Position numbers and translations under genes: made by a program. Under the pieces are notes generated by a model. That model ran no database searches, was not told the origin of the DNA, and saw nothing but the letters and a program-made list of their open reading frames with translations. DNA of 64,000 nucleotides, from positions 186,001 through 250,000 of the forward strand of contig NIVC01000464.1 of assembly GCA_002269645.1 (NCBI GenBank). The letters run 5' to 3'. This DNA comes from Macrostomum lignano (Eukaryota). Shown one piece after another: positions 24,401-35,300 of the stretch. Numbering within the stretch: the stretch's first letter is position 1; every line of letters starts with the position of its first letter.

Positions 24401-27400
24401 AAGCCAAAGTATTTCTTTTGTCAGCCAAGTTAATAGTTAGGCCAACCAAGTTACATGGAAGACTTCCCATTTGGCAGCAGTAGATTTGGCCTTGCCGAGA
24501 GACTGAGACATAGACGGGAAAAGGCAGCATCATTTCTATAAGACGTTGCTACTGGCATCCTTATTTTGCTGATGTCTATGGCCAAATTATCAACTTGGTT
24601 GCCTTTTTCCCGACAAGCAAGAATTAAGCTAGTGTCGTTGGTAGAGTAGAGACAACCGACTTCTAATTTGACTAACTGAAATTCGTCAGCTAAGATTAAG
24701 ACGTCCTTAGCTCAGACGCTCAGACCTTTACTGCATTCTGCTCGGGTAGGAAACGCATGTGTCTTGGGTAAAAAAGCTTACCAATTTCACTTCAAATTCG
24801 AAGAAATAAGTGAGCTTCTGTGTCTCTACAGCCAGCCTGTATTCCTGTCTCCCTCTCACCCTATATCTTTCTGCCACTCTCGTGTCATGCTTTGCTTTGC
24901 ATCATAATGCAACAAAATCAATCATTTCGTAACTTAGGTACTTAGGTAGGTGGCGGTTATTCAATTGTAAGTTGATGTTCATTCGCTGTTAGCTGCTCCA
25001 TGGCAACATATAGCTACATACTGACGAATTTGACTCTGTAGAATTTGAAATCGAAACGGTATAATCAACAACAACACTGAATAAAAAACGACAGCTCTAA
25101 TTTAATTGACGCAATGACTGACTAGCACCAATTAATTTGACTGCGTTAACCGGATGTCGGCAAAAACTCAATGATTTAACTAAATTTAACTAGGCGATAA
25201 GTTCAGGAAAACAAATAACATTATCGATAAATCCTCAGCTAAAAGTACTCACACCACAAGAAAATATAAAAAAAATCTATAAATTCTCAAATGTACACAA
25301 TGCTTATTATTTCAAAAAGGTTTTTTGAAAAATTATCGACCGATTTCAAAGTGAACTTTATTTAAAATCCTGTTCAAAGCTGTGATGACTGATTCACTGT
25401 AAAAAGGCTAGAACTATGCATAACATTTTTCCACTCTTTCACCATCTTATGTTGCAGCTGCTGAACATAGCAAATAAGTTCATAGGCATATTTAACCTAG
25501 TACTGCTGATGCTGCTGCTGGCCCACTGGAATGCCTGCTTGCAGTTCTTAATCCCGCTACTGCAAGACTTCCCTGATCAGTCTTGGGTGGCCGTTTGCAA
25601 TTTGAAGGTGACTTAAGAGTGGTCATTTGTATCTGTACGAGTCAGTGTACCTGCCATCACTGCTCATGTGTTCAGAATCCAATTATGATTTTGCCAAGAC
25701 TCTGAGTCAAAAAGTGTGCTAAATCTATTTGAATATCCTTTTAATTTGATTCCAAGCATGTCATGTCATCTTATGTCGAAAACCGAGTACAGTTCGAGTA
25801 GTTGATACTAAAAAAATTAGCAAAAGTTTTCACTGACCCGTATGATATAAGATTGGTAAATTACCCCAAATGAAAGCATTAAAACTTCTTCAAAAAAGAA
25901 ACAAGATTAGGATTTGTAGCTCCCAGATAAATAATGTTTTGCACACAGAAACCTAAGTTGGGCCTAAGACTAATAACGAATTAGTTAAACAAATCTTTGT
26001 TACGTTGTTTGCATTTTTAAACTGACTGGATTTACTAAACATAAAGTAATGCAATTACTCAATCTTTTCACTGTCGGAAAAAGTTATTAACTTTATGTTC
26101 TGTGCAATAAGGCACCTGCATCATTAATATGCTGGCACTATGACATAAATAAGCGCTAGCCACAGTAAGCACTCGCGCTAATGTAACCCCGTTTCAGCTG
26201 TTGAATGTAGCCTCCGTGTTTATTCGTGTTGTCAATCTCGTCTGTCTGATGCTGCTGCTAGCGCACTGGAACGGCTGCTTGCAGTTTCTTGTACCGTCAA
26301 TACAGGACTTTCCCAAAGACTCCTGGGTTAGGAAGCTGAACATTCAGGTACCCATCACTGCATTAAAAATATATATCTATAATTTTGTTCAGCTGTTCTC
26401 TTCAGTAGACCAACAAGTTTTTACAATTATTGATTTATATGTAGATATTTAGGCGATAGCAGTCCACAGCAAATTGTAGACTCTGTAGAGTGCTATAGCG
26501 TCAGTCTAATTAGTTTTCAAATTAAATTATAGCTGGAGTAGTTTTACAGAAGGGCCATATTGGTTCGGTATGCTATTGGAATGCATCGGACTCATTTGAT
26601 CAACAAACCAGGCTCCCTTAGGTGGTACAGTTTAAAGTACATTTACACACTGCATCCCTCCACGTAGATACAGAGAATAGAATATAGTGTTATGAATTTT
26701 TAGATGTCTTCCACTCCTGCCAATTGCCTGCCAATTTTTGTTGTAAGCGATAAATTATTCCTACTTATGCATAATCTTTATTCCTAACTTTTTTTCTTTG
26801 TTTGCTTCCTTTGTTTTATTCCTAACGTTTTAATCTTTGTTTGCTGCGCTGCATATAGATGTTATTATATATTGCCTCTTGTTTTATGATTCAAATATAG
26901 AGTTGATTGAGATTTACCGCCATCGAAAATGCGTTATACTGACATTACGAGTACCGAACTGATACGGCGTTGTCTCCATCTTTACTTGTAGGACGCACAC
27001 TGGTTCCGACAGTACACCTGGGCTCTGTTCAAGGCCATGAGCCACATGCTGAGCATTGGCTACGGCCAGCACCCGCCAACCAGCATTAGCGAGGCCTGGA
27101 TCACCATCGTCAGCATGATGACCGGCTCGTCGTGCTATGCTCTCTTCGTCGGCCACGCCGCGGCACTGATACAGAGCTTCGACACGTCCAAGCGAATGTA
27201 TCGGGAGAAAGTGAGCTCGGGGATAACGTCTTAATAATGTTGTAGCAATATCTTAGCTTGCTCTGTTAATTACTTCCCGGGGAAGTGTGTCCTCCCGGAG
27301 AATGTCTTCATCGTCACAGATTGATATTGCAAGGCATTGAAAAATATTGCTGATATTTTATCATCAAAGTGCTCCGAATTTAAATCAGGAATTTTAATGA

Positions 27401-30008
27401 AACAGCAACGGAAATTAAAAATCTGATTAGGATGGTGAAGACTCTTTAGCTACCTCTATAATTGTTCTTCAGGCCTTTCTTAGTTATCAGGCTTCTCCTT
27501 TAATAACTATACAGTATACGGAACCCTATTTGGTGATAGACTACTCCAGCGTCATCTAATTACATTTAGCAACTAATCAAAGCAATAACCGGCGCTATCC
27601 TATCGCAATTCACAGTTCAAACAAGTGGAGGAATACATGGCCTACCGGAAGCTTCCTAGAGCTCTTCGTCAGAGAATAGCGAACTACTATGAGCACCGCT
27701 ATCAGGGGAAGATGTTCAACGAGAATGACATTCTCAGCGAGCTCTCCGAATGTCTCAGAGAGGTATGAGCTCCCAACCAACTGCTCATTGGTTGGTTCGT
27801 TACAAGCGTACAACCACTATAAAAATAAGTGTAGTAAAGATGTCAGCAAACGAATAATCATTATCAAGTGATGTTAAAACGAAAATAAAGTTACTCTACA
27901 AAAATAAGCCTGTAACTTTTTTTCGACCAATTGAGACTGTTAATGAAGTGACTTCTATCTGGTCCTTGCATGCGAATTGCCTCCGTGTCTCTCTAACCCG
28001 CAGCAAATCATCAACTACAACTGTCGGGCTCTGGTTGCCGCAGTTCCATTCTTTACCTACGCCGATCAGGATTTCGTATCCGAGGTGGTCACCAGACTGA
28101 AGTACGAAGTATTCCAGCCCGGAGATCTTATCATTAAGGAGGGCACGATTGGAACTAAGATGTACTTTATTCAAGAGGGCATTGTGGATATAATTACTAA
28201 AGATGGCGAAGTGGCAACCAGTCTGTCGGACGGCTCATACTTTGGAGGTGAGTTCCACCCACTCATTAGAGAAAAGTTACTCTGATGATTTACTCTGTGC
28301 TTGTACCTTTTTATTTCTATTGAGGATAAAACAATCAAGCAAGGATTTCATGCAATAATGATGAGACGGGAGTGCTTGCTTTTCATCGGAAGTTAAAATT
28401 TGCAATTAACTCATGGATATATTGGACGCATGTTCACTGACTTGAATTAATTAACATGATATGTCACTCATGACAGGATATAGCACCAGCCAAAAGATAT
28501 TTCAGACAGCCTTGTTTTTTCAGTTTCGACGTCCCGATGAAGGATATCCTCAACGCAACCTATAAAGCATGGATTCTTAGCATGATCGGTCTTAATTAAA
28601 AGGATCGAGAGACGCCCTGCCATTTACAGGCTTCCACAGGCTTTGAAGTCACAGTTAAATTTCAATATTTGCAATACGCAGTTTCATTTGTCTCCGCTTC
28701 TTTCACAGAAATCTGCCTGCTGACAAATGCCAGACGCGTCGCAAGCGTTCGCGCTGAGACCTACTGCAATCTGTACTCCTTGGAGAGGGAAAACTTCCTC
28801 TCCGTGCTCGACAATTACCCGCTCATGAGGCGCACGATGGAGTCAGTGGCCGCCGAACGGCTCAGCAAAATTGGACAAAATCCACAACTGGTGAGCAACC
28901 GCGCCGACCTCAAGGAGGACCTCAATCTAGTCAAGGAGATCGTCGACCAAGCTGCAGCGGCGGCCGCCGAGGAGGCCGATTCTACCGACAATTCCGACGA
29001 TTGCGACGGAGGTCATTCAGCCTCGTCATCCTATCAGCGATCCCGGACGCCGACCCCGACGCCAGCCTACCAGCAAAAGCCGTCATGGGAGGCGACTACA
29101 TCGTCAGGAGCGGCGTTGACAATGCCCGGCGGAGAGCGGCGGAAGTCTGTAGTGCGGCTCGGTCTGGAGAAACTGGGAATTGCCAGGTAATAAATCCCTT
29201 TGTATAATATATAAATAGCTTTGGATATCCTTTAGTAGCCTTCTGCGCGTTCTTGTCGCTTGGTAGTTCATGCTGATACAACAAGTATTTGAGTTCGATT
29301 CGGTGAGCAATAGCGAAATGAAGCTGGGGCGGTTCGACTGTCGCTTTGTTTTGTGCAGGGCCCAATGTGATGTACGAGTCGATTTTATTTATTACGCTGC
29401 AGTGAATTAGCTTTCAATATATTTGCTCCAGTAACCAGTAATAACAAACAAGACGACTCGCAAGGAATACAAGCATAATTTAAATTGGTGGTAGAAAACC
29501 AGCTTATTAAACCTAAACTAACTACAAAAAACGATAATAATCCAAGAGACATAAATTAATGAAATCTAAAGTAAATTGTTGTTAAAATAACTTACATAAA
29601 AGCAATAAGTATATATTAAAAATTGTTTAACTTACAAACTAATTTAAATACCTTAATTAGCATGAACCTAAAATAATTGTTATAACGACCAAACTGACGA
29701 CGTAATTATATCAGAGACCACCTCAGTAAACAAACTACAAGCTTATAAGCAGCAACGATTTTAGTACATTTGCGGGTCTGCAATCGTAGATAACAAACTT
29801 CCAGTGTAACTCAATACCGATCTCCATGTTAACCAGGAACCGGTTTAGTGGCCGCAGACGCCACCACCAGCAACAGCAGCAGGGGCAGCAACAGGAGGAC
29901 CAAGAGGGGGATGAGTCGCAGGCCCAGCAGGTCGAGCTGCAGCCGCTGTCTTCGCCACCACCCTATGCGACGACAACGACCTGCCGTGTCGAAATTAACC
30001 ACGAATGA
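21466..30008 (+). CDS. HCN: Hyperpolarization-activated cyclic nucleotide-gated (HCN/Ih) channel. Exons: ~21466-22327 (possible intron 21925-21998), 23023-23186, 23277-23444, 23613-23710, [23978-24127 | 25458-25607 | 26198-26347], 26992-27210, 27616-27762, 28004-28247, 28709-29186 (or to stop 29190), 29837-30008. 5' end unresolved.
   Basis: HCN domain [20 protein letters not shown]...[15 protein letters not shown]4 [32 protein letters not shown], pore [12 protein letters not shown]-linker [44 protein letters not shown]. Canonical splice sites and consistent phases. Confidence 0.95.
23978..24127 (+). CDS. HCN: HCN alternative exon A (S4-S5 linker/S5): [50 protein letters not shown]
   Basis: TTTCAG acceptor, GTGAAG donor, 150 nt, phase 0/0, no stops. 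Confidence 0.85.
25458..25607 (+). CDS. HCN: HCN alternative exon B: [50 protein letters not shown]
   Basis: TTGCAG acceptor, GTGACT donor, 150 nt, phase 0/0, no stops. Confidence 0.85.
26198..26347 (+). CDS. HCN: HCN alternative exon C (most canonical): [50 protein letters not shown]
   Basis: TTTCAG acceptor, GTACCC donor, 150 nt, phase 0/0; closest to invertebrate Ih FLNMASVFMRIFNL. Confidence 0.9.
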
Positions 30009-32353
30009 CAGCTGTACTGGTATATTTTTTAAATTTCAAAGCTTAAATAAAACTTCAGAAAATGTTGTTTTATTTTTTTCTGCCACAATCAACCAAAATT
30101 AGCGAAACAATAAGGTTTGAGGTTATAAGAAACGAGTAATATTAATTAATTACTTTCAGTGTAAGAATTCTGTTTAAAGGAAGATGAAAAGCCAAAAAAA
30201 ACAAAGAATCAAAATTAGGAATGAATACATATAATTTGTTTCTCCTATTTTTTCAATCTAAAAATACGCATTGGTAGTAAATTTTCCTCAAGTTTTATTT
30301 GCATTCTCTTGTTAAAAAAGTAATCCGACACGACGTCATGAGTTATTCATAATCCACGAAGAAATACGTACGTTTAAAACAGTTTAAACCAAAACCAATC
30401 GCGCGAATTAAAAGTCTACACGCACTGCTTTTAGTAGCAACCAACAAAAAAGTTTTCTGCTATTTTCAACAAAACGTTTGTTTGTTACACCAACTTTGTA
30501 AACGCGATTTATTTTGTTTGAATTTGCATTAAAACTGTCTTTGAGATGCTATCTATCTATATTTAATAAAGTCTAATTAACTAAAGTAATCTACTATTCT
30601 AGTCACCTATTTTACATACCGAATTTCCTGCCACGGCACATCATAAGTCAGCCTAAAACAGCACGAATAAGTATTACATTTGAGCACTTGATGTGTAATT
30701 ATTGAGGACATTCCACATCCCCAATGAAATAAAGCTTCTCAGTGCTCAATGCTTCGATTATTAAACCCCGTTCATTCATGTACACACCGTGGACAGCTGA
30801 AGTAGAAATCTACACATGATTTTATTAGAAGTGACCTTCAGGCCGGTAATTAGCAGGAACGCATATTTTTGGACCCTATTTGGAACCATGCGCTCTCCAG
30901 AGCCATGCCACGAGCTAATAAATGCACTGGCGATATGTTTGAGTTGTTTTTACACCTGTAGAGATAATGGACTGTCAATTCTATTACCATACGAGTAATA
31001 GTAATACGGTTACTTGACTGATTGATGATTTTCAAAAGCACCCTAAACCATAAATCAATAAAATTGTCTCAAACATTTTCTCAATAATTTGCATAATAAA
31101 TATTCCTACGCCTGGCATAGTTCTACTAAAAGCAATTTGTAGTAATCATTTGCACAACACTCTGCAAATATTAAACCGATTATATTTCATAAATAGCATG
31201 TGTGTATGTAATTAATTACATCAGCCATCCGCTTCTTCGATGACAACCAATAGCAAATACCAGAAACCCAGCAGCATTTTTGCAATCAATAACCACTGCA
31301 TGCGAAAGATTTTTTCATCAATAATTTGTTATGCCGCAGTCGAAAGAAAATACAACCTGTTCGCAAACTGCAAGCATTAAATAACTACAGTTCAGGAACG
31401 ATAGCTATTACTGACACCTTGACACGGTCTTTTCTGCCGAATATAAAGCGAATATAATTTGGATTAGGACTAACGGTACTTTTTCAGCCAAAAACTCATC
31501 GTCAATATTGAAACTTTACAATTTTAACACTTCAATTCATAGTAGCTTTTCTAATTCTGAACCTTTTAATTGCATAAAATTAGGCGATTTGTTTGATTAG
31601 AATTTGACCAGCGCAAGACCGCCACCAAACTGCTAACAACAAAACACCGATCTGGTCGTGAATCAAACGGGCTGTCGCAGGACCTGACTGAAGGCATCAT
31701 ACGCTTGTATTCGAGTTTAACGGGCCCTACTCAGACACTCGGTACACTAAACAGCGAATGCATAAAAAAGCGGCATAAAAAACTTTATGAGCCAAGGAGC
31801 GAGTCATTCGAACGGAGCAGGAGCAAAGAAGAGAAAGATCGATTAATATTCGATGGAAATGCCGTACAATGTGAAATGGTAGCCTTTAGGCTTCGAATTT
31901 AAAAGCGAAGTTGCAATTTTCATACTCACGGACTTGCACCACGGGTACTTTGCTAACAAGACACTTCGAGGCGCTCTCGAAAACCAAGGCGACGACCTGG
32001 ACAGCAGACAGGCAGGCCAATTTTACGATGGTAAGAGTCGGGAGAACAACAGCTGAGCTGCTCTGCTTGGATAGAATGAGCAGAAAATAATACAAGAATT
32101 AACTTTATTGACCCCATGGCAGAGACTGCAGAAAAATAACTGTTTTTTTGTTATCGTGAGAGGGCCTATACATGTATATATAATGTATGTATATATAAAT
32201 TTATATATTAAAACGCGAAGAGCAGAAGCCAACAAAAATCAAACGAACAAAGTGTCGTGTTTTTATAACAATAAGTTCGGACTTAGTAAGTCTATAATAG
32301 AGTATAGCGTTTTCCTCCCAGCTTGAGACTGGCTGGAGCAGCTGAGTTCAGAA

Positions 32354-35300
32354 TTACACATTGGAGAAGCTGCACTCAACCAGGCTGAAGCGAACTGATC
32401 GGCTCAGCATCCTGCACTGGTGCAGCTGCACCCGACGGCTGGCCGTCACCACCGAGCTCGGGCTGGAGCCTGCTGGCAGGCTGAGCTGCAAACTGCCGGA
32501 GCTACGGCTGATGCGCACCGGTTTGGACATTCGAGGCGCGCACACGCTGCTCAAATGGGTGGACATGGACGGCGATTTGAGCAATGCTGTGCCATGGTAC
32601 CATGCGTCACGTTTGCGTCTGTGTCTTCAAGACGCTAAAACTGTGTCTGTGCCTGTTCCCGACACTAAAACTGTGTCTGTGTCTGTTCCCGACACTAAAA
32701 CTGGGTCTGTTCCCGACACTAAAACTGTGTCTGTGTCTGTTCCCGACACTAAAACTGTGTCTGTGTCTGTTCCCGACACTAAAACTGGGTCTGTTCCCGA
32801 CACTAAAACTGGGTCTGTTCCCGACACTAAAACTGGGTCTGTTCCCGACACTAAAACTGGGTCTGTTCCCGACACTAAAACTGTGTCTGTTCCCGACACT
32901 AAAACTGTGTCTGTGTCTGTTCCCGACACTAAAACTGTGTCTGTGTCTGTTCCCGACACTAAAACTGGGTCTGTTCCCGACACTAAAACTGGGTCTGTTC
33001 CCGACACTAAAACTGGGTCTGTTCCCGACACTAAAACTGGGTCTGTTCCCGACACTAAAACTGTGTCTGTTCCCGACACTAAAACTGTGTCTGTGTCTGT
33101 TCCCGACACTAAAACTGTGTCTGTGTCTGTTCCCGACACTAAAACTGTGTCTGTGTCTGTTCCCGACACTAAAACTGGGTCTGTTCCCGACACTAAAACT
33201 GGGTCTGTTCCCGACACTAAAACTGGGTCTGTTCCCGACACTAAAACTGGGTCTGTTCCCGACACTAAAACTGGGTCTGTTCCCGACACTAAAACTGTGT
33301 CTGTTCCCGACACTAAAACTGGGTCTGTTCCTGACACTAAAACTGGGTCTGTTCCTGACACTAAAACTGGGTCTGTTCCCGACACTAAAACTGTGTCTGT
33401 GTCTGTTCCCGACACTAAAACTGTGTCTGTTCCCGACACTAAAACTGGGTCTGTTCCCGACACTAAAACTGTGTCTGTGTCTGTTCCCGACACTAAAACT
33501 GGGTCTGTTCCCGACACTAAAACTGGGTCTGTTCCCGACACTAAAACTGTGTCTGTTCCTGACACTAGCACTGTGTCTGTGTCTGTGTAGCCAGCACTGT
33601 CTACTTATCAGTAGACAAACTCTGATCGGCAAAAATCGACCTTTCCTACAATAATCCTTATTCTTTGTCGAGTGCAATTTTCACCTACACTAAAATACCT
33701 GGATAACCGAGGATACGTTAACAGTCTGACTTACGTGTTGTAGACCGCAGTGCGTAGGCCCAAGCACAGGCACGCTTCTGGCCGGCGGCCGCGGCAGCCG
33801 TTCAGGCAGTCCGGGCACTCAGTCTGGTGCACCGTCAGAGAACCGGAAATGCTGAACGCTGGCGCTGCGCTTGACGGCACGCAGGCCACGCGGCTAGAGT
33901 CGTTGTGTCGCGCACCCGAGCGACAGCGGCATTCGTATCCGCCCCACTCATTCACGCACTCGCCGTAGGGCTGGCAGAGGCTGGGGTTCTCCTGGCACTC
34001 GTTACGATCTGCAATTCGGTGTCGTAAAAATTAGCTCTCATTTCAGCCTTGAGAGTGGGATGCGTTGCCAGCGGTCCAGCGCGTCGCTCTGATGTGCCAG
34101 CAGCCCAGGCTCGATTCCAAGTGCAGTCGCATTAATTTGTAGCTAAGTTGGAATCTCGGCTTGGCTCGTGCAAAACAGTGAATTTTTCATGCCCAACGAT
34201 AAATAAAGTTGGGGCCGCTGTACACTCCTGTGTGAGTGTGCGCCTGTGCGTATGACTGCGTACCTAATTTGCGCCCATGTGTGCCTGCTCAGGGGAGTCG
34301 GCGGAATGGGCAGTAATGCCTCTCGCCGGTTGTGTGACAATGCCGCTTGAAGTGCGCCAGGGTGCACACAGCCCCCTGCCTCCATTTTTCTATGCTATAT
34401 GTGTATGTCAGTCTGTAGAGGAATATTCATTTAGCATTTAATCAGCGTATAACAATACTGAAAAAATGCACGCAATCAGTTTTGGACATGAATGCAGACA
34501 AAATGACAGATTTCAAAACACACCAAGACTTAAATAAACTAAGACTCACCGCGGCACAGCTTCGACCGGCTGTCTAATGCGAAGCCTGCATAGCAGCGGC
34601 AGGTGTACGACCCTGGCGTGTTGATGCAGTCTCCCATCAAGCACAGGTCGCTACCGGCTCTGCTGCATTCGTCAATGTCTGAGAAGGGAAAGAAAAAATC
34701 CGCATTTTTCTGCAAGTCACCGACTATTCGTGCAACTTGTCCTGGAATTTATGCTTAATTGATCCAAGAATTTCAACTCAAACTTTTCAATTTCTTTACT
34801 CCTTTGAATAGTTGTCTCATTCTACATCTCTGCTTTTGCTAAATGTACCTTATTTTGTTTAAAGTTTGCTAAGTTCGCTAAAAGTTACATTTCAAATTGT
34901 GGTACACTAGGTAACAATGGCATGAGAACAGTGCATTCGAGGATGTTACATAATGCGCCGTCCACCATTGTCTCTTTTAGTATTTGTACCACCCTCTGGG
35001 AGATAGAAGACCAAAAGCAGAAGAGCCTCACCAACGCAGCTCTTTTTATCGGCGGCCTGTCGGAAGCCCAGGTAGCAGGAGCATTCGAAATCGCGGCCCC
35101 GTTCCAGGCAGCGGCCGTTTTGACACGGACCTTCGCCGCTGCCACCGCCCAGAGTGAGGGTCTGGCAGGCGCCGCCACCGCTCAGGCTTGCATACTGGTC
35201 GCTGGCCAAGTCGCGGCGCCTTGAAGGGCCTTCGCGGACGACTGTCAGGCTGCCATCGATAGAGAAGTCTGGCACGCCTCGATCAGGACTGCCCAGATGG

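Noticed and set aside
23978-26347. Three separate HCN paralogues or a haplotype mis-join
   Set aside because: Only the S5 exon is repeated, flanking exons are single, and the copies are too diverged for allelic duplicates
30700-32100. Possible small minus-strand gene (Cys-containing fragments with some splice-like sites)
   Set aside because: Could not build a consistent stop-free exon chain; may be 3' UTR or intergenic
32361-33677. Long ORFs (409, 356, 356 and 314 aa)
   Set aside because: All arise from a stop-free minisatellite open on both strands inside an intron
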